DNA from: Octopus vulgaris | Taxonomy: Eukaryota | Length of the DNA: 64,000 nucleotides | Direction of reading: 5' to 3' | NCBI GenBank assembly: GCA_951406725.2 | Contig: OX597829.1 | Coordinates: 32,054,001-32,118,000, forward strand | Part shown: positions 25,483 to 37,340 of the stretch, one piece after another | How the letters are laid out: each line of letters opens with the position of its first letter | Position numbering within the stretch: position 1 is the first letter of the stretch | Position numbers and translations under genes: made by a program | The notes under the pieces: generated by a model | Told to the model about the DNA's origin: nothing | Database searches by the model: none | What the model saw: the letters and a program-made list of their open reading frames with translations, nothing else

Positions 25483-25568
25483 ATTCTCTACACATGTTTC
25501 AAAGGCCGCTAATTTCCAAATTCGGACTGAATAAGGAGACCATTTTGCAGCTTTCTCTTCAGGAAAAT
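25483..25568 (-). ncRNA. Type I hammerhead ribozyme motif, copy 1
   Basis: Minus strand: auuuuc-CUGAAGA-gaaagcugc...gcggccuuu-GAA-ACAUGUGU-A^gagaau; stem I auuuuc/gagaau, stem II 9 positions, GUA cleavage triplet. Confidence 0.7.
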
Positions 25569-25633
25569 CCAGGAATTTAAAACTCCAAAACAAATGCGCA
25601 GCAAGGTATTCGAACAAAACGCTCCTTAGGAGC

Positions 25634-25676
<43 letters not shown>

Positions 25677-25892
25677 AAATGGAAAGATGAATTATCTTGT
25701 TACGGATTATTCAAAAATTTAAAAATTTAACCGATACCTGGGTAGCAAAAATCACAGCAGAAAAAACACGGTTGGAGATATGACCATATGGTGTTGCAAC
25801 CGTGCGTTGTCGCGGATAATTGAAGTTTAATATAATTAGTGAATGGAAGAAATGGAGTTGAACGAAGATTGTACAGAATTCCTTTTATTACA

Positions 25893-25975
25893 TTCTACAC
25901 ATGTTTCAAAGGCCACAATTTTCCAAATTCTGATTAAATAAGGATACCATATTGCAGCTTTCTCTTCAGGAAAAA
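25893..25975 (-). ncRNA. Type I hammerhead ribozyme motif, copy 2
   Basis: Minus strand: uuuuuc-CUGAAGA-gaaagcugcaau...auuguggccuuu-GAA-ACAUGUGU-A^gaa; stem II 12 positions, stem I shorter than in copy 1. Confidence 0.62.
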
Positions 25976-26376
25976 CCAGGAATTACGTTGTCAGAACAAA
26001 ACAAAACAAAGGCGCAGCAGAGCAATTCGAACGAGGACACTCCTTAAGAGCCCATGGGTAAAATGTTTATCAATGTACGTTTCTTCCATTCACTAATTAT
26101 ATATATATTGAACAGGGTTGACCTGGACATAAATAACAAAACAGTAAAAAAATGCAAAGATCATGGATGGAATAACTTTCAATTCAGGTTTGCTGGATCA
26201 GGACAGATCTGGTTGCTAAATGGTTTTTAGTTGTTTAAGAAAAACTAATAATTTTTACGGCAATATAATACAATTTTCCAATTTTTGGAAACAGTAAAAT
26301 TATCTCATCATAGCAACATGAAAAATGGTTAGATGTGAAAGAGCGAATAAGGTGAGAAAAAAAAAAAGGAACGTAC

Positions 26377-26467
26377 CTGAGGATCACTTCGAAGTGATGC
26401 AATGCCACCACCTCCAAGACAGTTATGGAGAACAAAATTCATTGCATTTATCCCAGGCACATCATAC
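26377..26467 (-). CDS. AtuA-family exon J
   Basis: ttttAG|(R)YDVPGINAMNFVLHNCLGGGGIASLRSDPQ|GTACGT; 91 nt. Confidence 0.93.
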
Positions 26468-26483
26468 CTAAAAAAATATAGTT

Positions 26484-26524
<41 letters not shown>

Positions 26525-26764
26525 ATAACACACATATTGCTATGCTTGGGAACGGTTATTTTTTGCCAATTAAACACACACTCTGATTATTTGATTATCA
26601 CTTTAGTTTTTATTCTTAAAAAAAAATAATACGGACGAAACTAAAGTGAAGATCAAATAATCAGAGTTTGTATTTAACAGGCAAAAAATGACCATCCCCA
26701 ATTATAACAATCTGTTTCAACACATGGTTTCATATCAAGAAGCTTGCAAAACAAATACATAAAC

Positions 26765-27622
26765 TCATCGTTGCTATCATATCACTGACTCCGATACCTG
26801 CGCTTCAAGCAATGTCATTTACTGCATCTCTGTACATTGGTCAAATGGGACATCACTTGGCTGACCTGTTCGTGGAGCACCTCCAAGACATTAGACTCAG
26901 CAATGACACACTGGCCTCACGCCATTTCCACTCTACTGGTCATTCATTACAATGCCTGTCTGTGTTTGAATTATCTTTGCACAGGGGCCATCCAGATTCC
27001 AGCCCTCACAGTGAACAGGAATTAATCTTCTCTCTTCGCTCCTCTGCCCCACATGGGCTCAACTCCTCTCCTCTCCACTCTTCATCTGATACCTACTTCC
27101 TCTCTTCACTCCTACTCACCTTTTCCCTTCATTGATATTCCCCTCCATCCACATCCCATCCCTACCCCACCACCACCTCACCCCAAACCCACACCCCACT
27201 ACCCACACTACACCACACACCACATCATACCACCCCACACCACTCCATACACACTAGCACTGACCACTTCCCAGCATTCATACCATCATCCACACATCAA
27301 AGTCACCAGCCTCTATCCACACACACACGCACACACACACACACTCTCACATACACACACGCATGCACACCTTCATTTTGGGGTCACCCATACTTTATTA
27401 TCTCCCCTTCTTCCTAGCTCTTCTATCCAACTACCTTTCTCCAACCAGTCGCCATGATTGACCACTAAAGCTACAATTTTTTTTATTCTCTCTTATTCCT
27501 TTCTGTTGAAGAGTGTAGGCTTGCAACAAAAGATTTTCTCATCTTCCCAAGCGTCAAACTAATACACCTGCTTGTTGTATATATACCTGTCTTCATCTTT
27601 TGTTTTATCGTAAATTTGAACT
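26765..27622 (+). mobile_element. Penelope-like retroelement 3' remnant (GIY-YIG endonuclease fragment + pLTR-like tail)
   Basis: SNVIYC / SLYIGQMG.HLADLFVEHLQDIR...HF...HS...EQELIFSLRS..PHGLN; homologous to 47085-48170. Confidence 0.75.
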
Positions 27623-28968
27623 ATATATATATATATATGAAGAAATGAGAAGGGACCAGGATACCTGGCAATGCAAGGTTCTCACCAAAATCCATCCATT
27701 GTAGTGAAGCTGATTTCTGGAAGTACTGTATGGGTATATATTGTGTGTGTGAGACTGTGTATGTATCGTCATCAACATCATTTAACATCTGCTCTCCATG
27801 CTGGCATGGGCTGGATGGTTTGACATGGAGCTGGCTAACAGGGAGTTGTCCAGATTCCAATTGTGTGTCTCCAACTGGCATGGTTTTTATGGCTGGATGC
27901 CCTTCCTAATGTTAACTACTTAACAGAGTGCACTGGGTGCTGTATGTGTGTGTGTGTATGTCTGTCTATCTGTCTGTGAGTATTATTCAATGAAATTCCA
28001 CATTTTATAATTTGCAATTTTTTCAATTTTACAATATTGAAATAAACTAATACTCTCATGCATTACACAATCATCAGGTTTATGTAGTGACAGTTCTGTT
28101 CCACAGTTGACAGCTGTAGCAAAATGCTTGGATTTATCCTTTAAATACCCTCTAATGGACTCCATCTGGCTGAATTTTAAGCACTGTATTTTGACCAATC
28201 AGTATGTGGCTTAGACATCACGGTTTGGTGTTTTTGTTTTTTGGAATGTTATAAACAACATTCCTGTTTTCAGTGAATTCTATTGCCACTCCAGAAATTT
28301 TAACATTTCAGTTAAGTCAATGTTCATTTGCTCAACATTACTACCATCCACTAACAGTGGTGGCAGTGGTAGCAGTAGTATTTATTATTATTATCACCTT
28401 CATCATTATAATTATCACTGTTATTATAACTGTCCATTTAGAACATTTGAATTTATCAATAAAATTCTTTCCTTTGACTTTTCTCTCAATTTCACTTGTA
28501 GTTTGTAGAATAATATAAACTTTATCTGACCACTGTAGTCAGATCGTTGCTTAAAGGTATCTGACAGACATCAGGATCCCTGATTTGCTGTCAGTGCACA
28601 TGTGAATGTTCCAATAATGCAATCCCAGTCTGACCAACATAAATTTCTTCACAATTCAGGCATTTGATTGATCAAAATACAGTTCATAAGATTCAGCCTG
28701 CTGGAGCCCACTGGAGAGTATTTAAAGGATAAAGCCAACCAATTCACTACAGTTGTCAATTGTGGAACTGACTGTCACTACATAAACCTGATGATTGCAT
28801 AACACATTCTCCAACCAGTCGCCATGTACTAGTCGTACTAGTCATACTAGTTTATTTCGTACTAGTTTATTTCAATATCATAAAATTGTAAAATTGTAAA
28901 AATTGCAAATAATTAGTTGAAATTTCATTGATTAATGCATTGTTCTATACACAATCATACAAACTTGG

Positions 28969-29000
<32 letters not shown>

Positions 29001-29193
29001 AATGCATACACACACACACAGTGTTTTGGGATAAAATTGATGACATAAAAATGTCACCTTTTTTTCAAGAACAGCTTGATGTATTGGAGAACAGTGTTGA
29101 TGGCACTAGAGAACACAAAGCTTAGAATTGTAGTTGGGGAAAAGTTAGCTGACATGGAAGACTGGAAGCCATCTGAATATTGGAAAAAAATTA

Positions 29194-29706
29194 CCATAAA
29201 TCCTCGAGTATAATCTGCATTTTTTTCCAAAAATTTAAAGGTCAAAATCCCTAGTGCGTATTATACACGAGGTTAAAAATGAAAAATATTTCCTAAGCAA
29301 TGTTTGAGTCTCTATTTGTTGTCCGGCAATGTTTATTCAGACACATTTTTGTGATATTGGGTGCGAAAATACCTTAAGCTAAGCCTGAAAGCAATGAAGT
29401 CATAAAAGAATCATCCATAACTTGCAGTAAGCAACATTTATTAAATGTTATTACTATTATTTCTTTATTTTCTGCAAACAAAATGCACAAAAAAGTTACA
29501 TGTTTGCATTATGTTATATATACAATAATAATAAAGGTCATTACCGTATACATTTTTACAAACCAAGGATGTTATATAGACCTTCTTGACTCAAGTTAGA
29601 GAAGGGGTGCGTATTATACACAAGGTTTAGGTTTTTTAGAGGTACAACCCCCTAAAATTCCCCAGCGTATTATACTCAAGGACAGACTATACTCGAGGAT
29701 TTATGG
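29194..29706. mobile_element. Tc1/mariner-pogo-type MITE
   Basis: TIR CCATAAATCCTCGAGTATA(A/G)TC at both ends, TA left and TG right, internal GCGTATTATAC(A/T)C repeats. Confidence 0.78.
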
Positions 29707-30484
29707 TGCCTGTATCATGCTGATTCATTCCGGATTTGGAGGTGCCTGAAGGCAGTGGTGGGAGGTGAGGGGAGCTAATTTGAATAAACTATCATCTCCC
29801 ATCCATAATTTAATTCATATTTTTCTTTTTTTGGATGGTATATTGTGTTTTCTTTTCCTTTTATGCAAACTATCAAATTTAGAAGAACACCCTGTATGTA
29901 TATGATCAACACACACAACACACACACATACATCGTCATTATTATTTTATGCTTGCTTTTACATGCTGTGTTGAACATGTTATTTCAATGCAAGTTAGTC
30001 CTTACTTGGAGTTACTGCTCTCTTAGATGGGCTGAGAAATATACCTTGCTCTTTCTAGCATGGTTTCTACTACTGGATACCATACCCAATGTGAATTTTT
30101 TTTTTTTTTTTGCTTGAGTTCCATGCCTTATATGACCAGATATCTGGTTTCCAAGCTATGTAAATGACTGAGAACAGGACAGCACATTGCAGGCTTCAAG
30201 AGGCCTGCAATGTTCGGACGAGTGGGGATTAAGTCAATTACATCAACCCCAGTATTTGACTGGGGTTGATCCTGAAAGGATATAAGTTAAACTTAGTAGG
30301 ATTTGAACACGGAATGTAAAGAGCTATAAGAAATTCTGCTAAGCATTTTGTCCAATGTAGTAACAATTCTACCAACTCACTGCCTTACAATGTCAAATGT
30401 ACATATTTGAAATCTATAAATGCATTTCTTTGAAACAAAAAGGTTGGATTATTAGTTATGATATCTATAACTATCGATACATAC

Positions 30485-30605
30485 CTTGTTACTCTTTCCC
30501 CATCATCATCATCTTCAAACAAAAAACTGAAATATTTTTCTACAGCAGATTCAGTAAGTGCAGCTCTTAGGTACGGCAAATATGAAGGATGGCGGGCAAC
30601 AACTC
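30485..30605 (-). CDS. AtuA-family exon I
   Basis: gttcAG|(G)VVARHPSYLPYLRAALTESAVEKYFSFLFEDDDDGERVT-ag|GTATGT; 121 nt. Confidence 0.92.
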
Positions 30606-32085
30606 CTGAACAAGAAAAAAAAAAAAAGATTTATATTTTATATCTGAGATTAGAGAAGTATAATTGAAAATAACGAGATAACAACCTGGTAGTAGTGATG
30701 GTGATGATGACAATTATGAAAATGATGACAACGGTGGTGGTAGTGGTTGTCATCATCATCATCATTTTGATGGTGACAGCAACAGCTGCAGTAGTAGTGA
30801 TGGTTGTGGTAGTTGAAGTGGTCATGGTATTGATGGTGACTTGTGGTGATGGTCAGGTGTACAAACACTGAGGTCTTTCACAGGAAGTGACTCCAAACTA
30901 TGACAGATAATAATAAACAAAACTTCTCTTATTACTCCAGCCTGTCAAGATAAGCCAATCCCATTCTGGTAGTGTCCTTTCAATCAAAAACCTGAAACAG
31001 GGCATTCAATAGACAGCTTCTATTCTCAACAAACTATTCAGTTTGTTGTCTTTCTACATGGATATATTCCAACATATGTAACCAAACTACAAAATATATC
31101 CTTTCTAAAGAAAGATAGATGGCCAGCAACCAATCTGTCACTTTCACACCCACCCATCATCTCAAAATGATGGAAACAATCATAAACAGTCACCAGTCAC
31201 TTCCTCCATTACTGTGAATCTCTCGATCCTGTTACCCAAGTTTGGCTTTCACACAGCCAGATCTATCAAAGTCTTGCTTTCCCATATTCCACACCAATAG
31301 TCTCACACCCTTGAGAACTTTTGGGAAAAGTAAGTTGTAGCAAATGACACCAACCAAACCATCAGTCTTGTTTGACATGACAAAGTTAAGTTACTTACAA
31401 ATGGACTTCAACCAACTCTGATTTCTTACAATGTGCACTGATTGGATTCTCATAGGCACACAGGTCATCAATTTTGGTCAACCTCAAGCTTTAGGTTATA
31501 TCTATGTCATTCATTTCTCATTATTGTTAATTTAACATCCACTTTTCCATGCTTGTGTGGGTTGGACAGAATTTGTTGAGGCAGAATTTTTTTATGGTTG
31601 AATGCCCTCTCTGTTGGTGACCCTCACTTGTTTCCCAGCAAAATAATATTTCTCCCATGGCCAGACATTTTAGAAGCAATGCATTTTAGTACAGTCACAA
31701 ATGGGTCGACAAAATAATGAAATACACCCCCAAATTAACAGAGTGTGAGTCAGGAAAGTAGAAGAGGAGGGTTGGCAAGGAAGGTCAGTAATCCTTAAAA
31801 ATGGCTGTGAAAGCTAGAAAAGTCTTTGCTCCCAGGCAGTGAGAACCTTTGTTACACTACTGAACTGTATAACAAACTTATATTTCAAGAGATGAGAAAT
31901 GGATCATGCCTGTAAATCATCAACTGTTTGTTTGCTCCACAGAACACTGAAGATTTGAGAAGAAATGGTGAAGTTAGATCTCAAAATACTGGTCACAGAC
32001 AAGAGACTGCAGAATCAAATAAGAAAAAAAAGTCACAATTTTTACCAGACAAAATTAGTCAAAGGAAAAATGCAATTTGAGTGAA

Positions 32086-32115
<30 letters not shown>

Positions 32116-32116
<1 letters not shown>

Positions 32117-32475
32117 GGCTGTGTGGTAAGAAGTTTGCTTCCCACCCACATCGTTCCAGGTTCAGTCCCACAGCATAACACCTTGAGTAAGTGTCTTCTA
32201 CTATAGCCCCAGGCTGACCAAAGCCTTGTGAGTGGATCTGGTAGACAGAAACTGAGAGTAGCCTGTCGTATATATGTATATATATGTCTATGAGTGTGTG
32301 TCTTTGTGGCTGTATTTGTCCACCACCAGTGCAGGTGTGTTTACACCCCCATAACTTAAGGGTTCAGTAAAAGATCTTGATAGAAAAGTACCAGGCTTTA
32401 AAAAATAAGTGCTGGGGTCAATACATTTGATTAAAAATTCTTCAAGGTAGTGCCCCAGCATGGCCACAGTCTAAT
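32116..32475 (+). mobile_element. SINE family A copy
   Basis: Family match, diverged. Confidence 0.75.
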
Positions 32476-33675
32476 AAGTAAATATGAAAGATATATATAT
32501 ATATATATATATATATATCTGTAAATGTAATATGTGACAATTATTTGGTAGCCATGATAAAACAAAAACATTGAAAAATAAGTCTGTGGTTTTCTTCTGC
32601 AAAGACACCAGCAATACTAGCATGGAAAGCAGCAACGATGAGGACGATGACAATGATAATGATGATGACGAAGATTAAGAAACTGATAATGATTTATAAA
32701 TGATTTTTTAAAATGTTTAAAAAATCTACCGAGGAAATATTCAACATTTTTCGTATATAGGTCATGGTGACATAAATATTTAAAAAAATTAATACTTGGC
32801 TACCCACTTGTCAGCACCTCGTTATTATCATCACCACCACTACACAACCATCATTACCACAGCAATTATCAACATAGCCATCATCATCATCATCATCAAA
32901 CATACGGTCTGATGTTCTTTTTATTATACTCACTTTTGTACACAGGCTCAAGCTATCCTCCAACAAAGTTGTGCCAATCCTATTTCCCTCAACAGGATAT
33001 TGAAACAATAACAACACCTATCAAGAGAATGCTATTGCATTCATTTCCACTAAACATGAACAACATACAACTAGGTCCTTGAAGATCACTGGAAATGATA
33101 AACCTTTACAGTCACAGTGGAACTCTCTTGGAAAAAACATATCTTTAACATACAACCATTTCACCATAATGGAAGACATTCATCTTTTCTTCAATGTTAA
33201 AATATCAGTCTTCAGGACTAGAACATTTCAGAACTTTTGACATATTTAATTTTTTCATAAGTTTTTCTAAATTTCTCCTTCAATAATTGATTTTTAAAAA
33301 ATTTCTTCTAGGTATATAACTGGGTGTTTTGTGTGTATGAGTGTACATTTTCCTTTTATTATTGTAAGATAAGATTTCTTTTATTATTGTAAAAAAACTA
33401 ATAACATATCATCACTTTACAACTAAGTATTCAGCTTGTTCCAAATATTTGTGATGACTATATTTTCTCATCAGAGTTTTAATCTGTCCACCAGGAAGAG
33501 TTTGGTCAAGTGAGGTCATTCTATATATTACATGTAGTAACTACATGGATTACTTCAAGCCATTGAAGAAGCCAATAAGTAGTAGTGATAGATCAACTGG
33601 CTAGAAATAGTGACTAAACTGCCTACCCTATGTTTAAAAAAAAAAGACACATTGGATAATGTAATCCAAGATACA

Positions 33676-33708
<33 letters not shown>

Positions 33709-34080
33709 GACACGATAGTCATTTTGTTGAATAATGTTGATGTGGAGCTCGACAACAACAGTAATAATATAAAGAAGCTTTAAACTTCCTCATTAATAGT
33801 TTAATATATTTTAATGATTGCTTGATTGTTTTAATTCAGATTAGATGTATTTGTTTTGCATTGTTTTATTTTGTCATCGGAATGCTGAGAGAACAGTTAA
33901 GTATTAAAAACAGTAACTAACTTGCAAGAAAGATAATTGCTCTAGTCTAGATTATGGTGTGAACTGATAACACATGCTGAGTGAAACACACACACACAAA
34001 GAAAAAACAATGTTGTTTAGCTACAGGCCAAGTCTGGTGAAGCAGAACTATGATCAAAGGCATTCTTCCAGCTGTGACTG

Positions 34081-34530
34081 TCATCATCATCATCATCGTT
34101 TAACGTCCGTTCTCCATGCTAGCATGGGTTGGACGGTTCGACCGGGGATCTGGGAAGCCAGAAGGCTGCACCAGGCTCCAGTCTTATCTGGCAATGTTTC
34201 TACAGCTGGATGCCCTTCCTAACACCAACCACTCCGCTAGTGTAGTGGGTGCTTTTTACGTGCCACCTGCACAGGTGCCAGGCGAGGCTGGCAACAGCCA
34301 CGGTCGATTTGGTGTATTTTATGTGCCACCGGCACGGAAGCCAGTCGAGGCGGCGCTGGCATCGGCCACGAGTCGGATAGTGCTTTTTACGTACCACCAG
34401 ACCAGGGATCCTGGCTGGTTCAAATCGATTTCGATTTCGCTTTCGCTTGCCCCAACATGTCTTCGCAAGCAAAGGGGGTTGGCATGGGTGCCTGTCGTCG
34501 GATGAGGTTCTATATCGACTTCGCTTGCCT
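34081..34530 (-). mobile_element. RTE-3'UTR-derived repeat copy
   Basis: (CAT)n-cgtttaacgtccgttctccatgctagcatggg...gtgctttttacgtgccacc units; CpG-rich, probably young. Confidence 0.75.
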
Positions 34531-34768
34531 CTTTTTGAAATATCTAAAAGTACATTATCTTATCCTAATATAAAATTATAACAATTATTTTTACTTCCTG
34601 CCACTGTAGTAAGCCTGTCAGGTGTTGCAGATAGAAAGCAGTAGAATGTTATTAATCTCTATTCTCTCTTTACTTATTGCATTGCAGTGTCATCAACTTT
34701 GTTGCATTTTTAATGTATGCTAATTGTTTTTAATTTCTAAATGAATTCTCTTTAAATTATAAACATTC

Positions 34769-34956
34769 AGGATTGGCTGTGTGGTAAGTAGCTTGCTTAC
34801 GAACCACATGGTTCCAGGTTCAGTCCCACTGTGTGGCACCTTGGGCAAATGTCTTCTACTATAGCCTTAGGCCGACCAAAGCCTTGTGAGTGGATTTGGT
34901 AGACGGAAACTGAAAGAAGCCCATCGTATATATGTATGTATATATATATATATATC

Positions 34957-34989
<33 letters not shown>

Positions 34990-35210
34990 TTATGTGTTTG
35001 TGTTTGTCTCCCCAACATCACTTGACAACCGATGCTGGTGTGCTTATGTCCCCTGTAACTTAGCAGTTCGGCAAAAGAGACCGATAGAGTAAGTACTAGG
35101 CTTACAAAGAATAAGTCCTGGGGTCGATTTGCTCAACTAAAAAGGCGGTGCTCCAGCATGGTCACAGTCAAATGACTGAAACAATTAAAAGAGTAAAAGC
35201 GTAAAGAGTA
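34769..35210 (+). mobile_element. SINE family A copy
   Basis: Family match, full length. Confidence 0.82.
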
Positions 35211-35369
35211 TTCAGTTATTTCATCAATTTCCAAAAGGAAATAAAAATCATCTCCTTATTCAAGACATTAAGATGCAATCTGAGAGGATTTGGCTGTTAT
35301 TTCTTAGCAGATTTCAGTGACACAAACAGTTAAAAAAAATTAAACCCAAATATACAAATATATATTTAC

Positions 35370-35562
35370 CAATATTAACTGAGTTTCCTTTATCCCCGCT
35401 GCGTGTATAGGCCAAATCTTTTAAGTAGAACTCACAATTACCAGTCGGCAAGTTTGACTCTTCACTGTTTGCAGAGCTTTCAGAGACATTTTCTTTCGAA
35501 GTTGGTGAATATTCAGAAGGTTGGTAGCTTTCTTTCAGTTCACCATTCATATAAATTTGTAC
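35370..35562 (-). CDS. AtuA-family exon H (linker + start of C-terminal domain)
   Basis: attAG|VQIYMNGELKESYQ...NLPTGNCEFYLKDLAYTRSGDKGNSVNI-g|GTAAAT; 193 nt. Confidence 0.92.
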
Positions 35563-35599
35563 CTAATAATAATAACAATAATAATAATAAAAATAATAA

Positions 35600-35835
35600 T
35601 TTGTTTCTTTATTACCCACAGGGGGCTAAACATAGAGGGGACAAACAAGGACAGGCAGAAGGATTAAGTCAATAACATCAACCCCAGTGTGTAACTGGTA
35701 CTTATTTAATCAACCCCAAAAGAATGAAAGGCAAAGTCAATCTCAGTGGAATTTGAACTCAGAACATAACAGCAGATGAAATACCACTAAGCATTTTGCC
35801 TAGTGTGCTAACAATTCTGCCAGTTCACTGCCTTA
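35600..35835 (-). mobile_element. SINE family B copy abutting the exon H acceptor
   Basis: Reverse-complement family match flanked by (AAT)n. Confidence 0.75.
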
Positions 35836-37049
35836 ATAATAACAATAATAATAATAATAATAATAATAATAGACAATATGTATTGTCTATTTACTTGCTG
35901 CTTTCAATAATAATAATAATAATAATAATAATAGCTAATACGAAGATTGCGATGCAATTGCAATAGATATTTTATTGGTTTGAACAATATTTCGACAGCT
36001 TGCCTGCCTTTGTCAAGTTCAAAATGAAAAGTGATACATAGAAATTCAAAATTATAGAAATTCAAATTCAAAACTATGAATGAGGGCAACCTGTGTTCCC
36101 ATGTTGATGGAATGACATCATGAGTCTTCAAGTTTCAAGTTTACAACTGGCAAAAAGAAAAAGAAATAGAAAAAAGGAAAAGGGAAAAGAATATTTAATC
36201 AAACAGCTTTGCATAAACATGATGAAATTCCCCTGTCATTTTGTTAATACATCCAGGGTGTGATGTTTGCTGGGTATGATGGAAAAAGCTGAGAGTTTTC
36301 ATCAAATAATAATAATAATGATTTCACATTTTGGCACAAGGCCAGTAATTTTGGGGGAGGAGTAAGTCAAGTACATTGACACCAGTATTTAACTGGTACT
36401 TATTTTATTAACCCTGAAAGGACGAAAGGCAAAGTCAACCTTGGTGGAATTTAAACTCAGAATGTCCAGCATGCTAATGATTCTGCCAGCTCACTGCCTT
36501 AATAATAATAATAATAATAATGATAATAATAATAATAATAATAATAATAATGCCTAATGCAGTACAAACAGTGGCTCTCAATGCCCTGATGCTGTACATG
36601 CAGTAGCTCTCAACCATCATGCCCTGAAGGATGAACAAAATGAATTTCATCATGTTTACACAAAACTGTTTGATTAGATATTTTTCTTTTTCATTTTTTT
36701 TTTCTTTCTTTTTCTTCTTGCCAGTTGTCAATTTGAAAACTGAAGATTGATGATGTCATTCTGCCAACATGGGAATGCAGGTTGCCCTCTTTCAAAGTTT
36801 TGAATTTGAATTTCTATGTATTACTTTTCATCTTGAACTTGACAAAGACAGTTAAGCTGTTGAAATATTGTTCAAACCAATAAAACACATCGCATTCTTC
36901 AAACTGTCTATTTACCTTTGTAAGGAGTTACATCAATCCTTTTAAAATACAAGAAGAAGAAACATATCTGATAATCAATATAGCATGTCCAGGTAACATC
37001 AGGATTGAAGAGAAGGAAGAAAAAGTGAGCAATTAGGATGATTTGAAGT

Positions 37050-37340
37050 AGGAAATATGCAGGTTGTGGGTAATGAAGAAAGTGGATGTGATACCAATAG
37101 TAACTGGAGTGCTTAGAAGCATCAGCACTCAACTACGAACATGGCTCCAAAAGATTGGTACAAATATAAAGATAGAACACCTACAAAAATCAGCATTGCT
37201 TGGAACTGCAAGAGTTCTCCACAGGGTTTTTAAAACATGACCAGTAAACAAGTGTCACCTTAGTCTGCTGGTTGTGGACAACTGACACTTTCCATCATAC
37301 CTAGCAAAATACAGCTGATAGTCTTCATCAAATAATAATC
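37050..37340 (+). mobile_element. RLE-type non-LTR (R4/Dong/HERO-like) 3' fragment
   Basis: DVIPIVTGVLRSISTQLRTWLQKIGTNIKIEHLQKSALLGTARVLHRVFKT* + UTR + (AAT)n. Confidence 0.72.

Larger units (their letters stand above)
25272..26102 (-). mobile_element. Tandem ~400-bp non-coding repeat bearing hammerheads (retrozyme-like / Penelope pLTR-like)
   Basis: Two diverged direct copies (~25272-25636 and ~25670-26052) separated by and flanked by (TA)n. A terminal 23-bp segment (26080-26102) is the exact reverse complement of 25830-25852. Confidence 0.65.

Noticed and set aside
30880-31500. Faint LINE RT-like traces (also ~16650-17150, 39060-39530, 49440-50250, 54950-55450)
   Set aside because: Too degraded to assign family or boundaries without a search.
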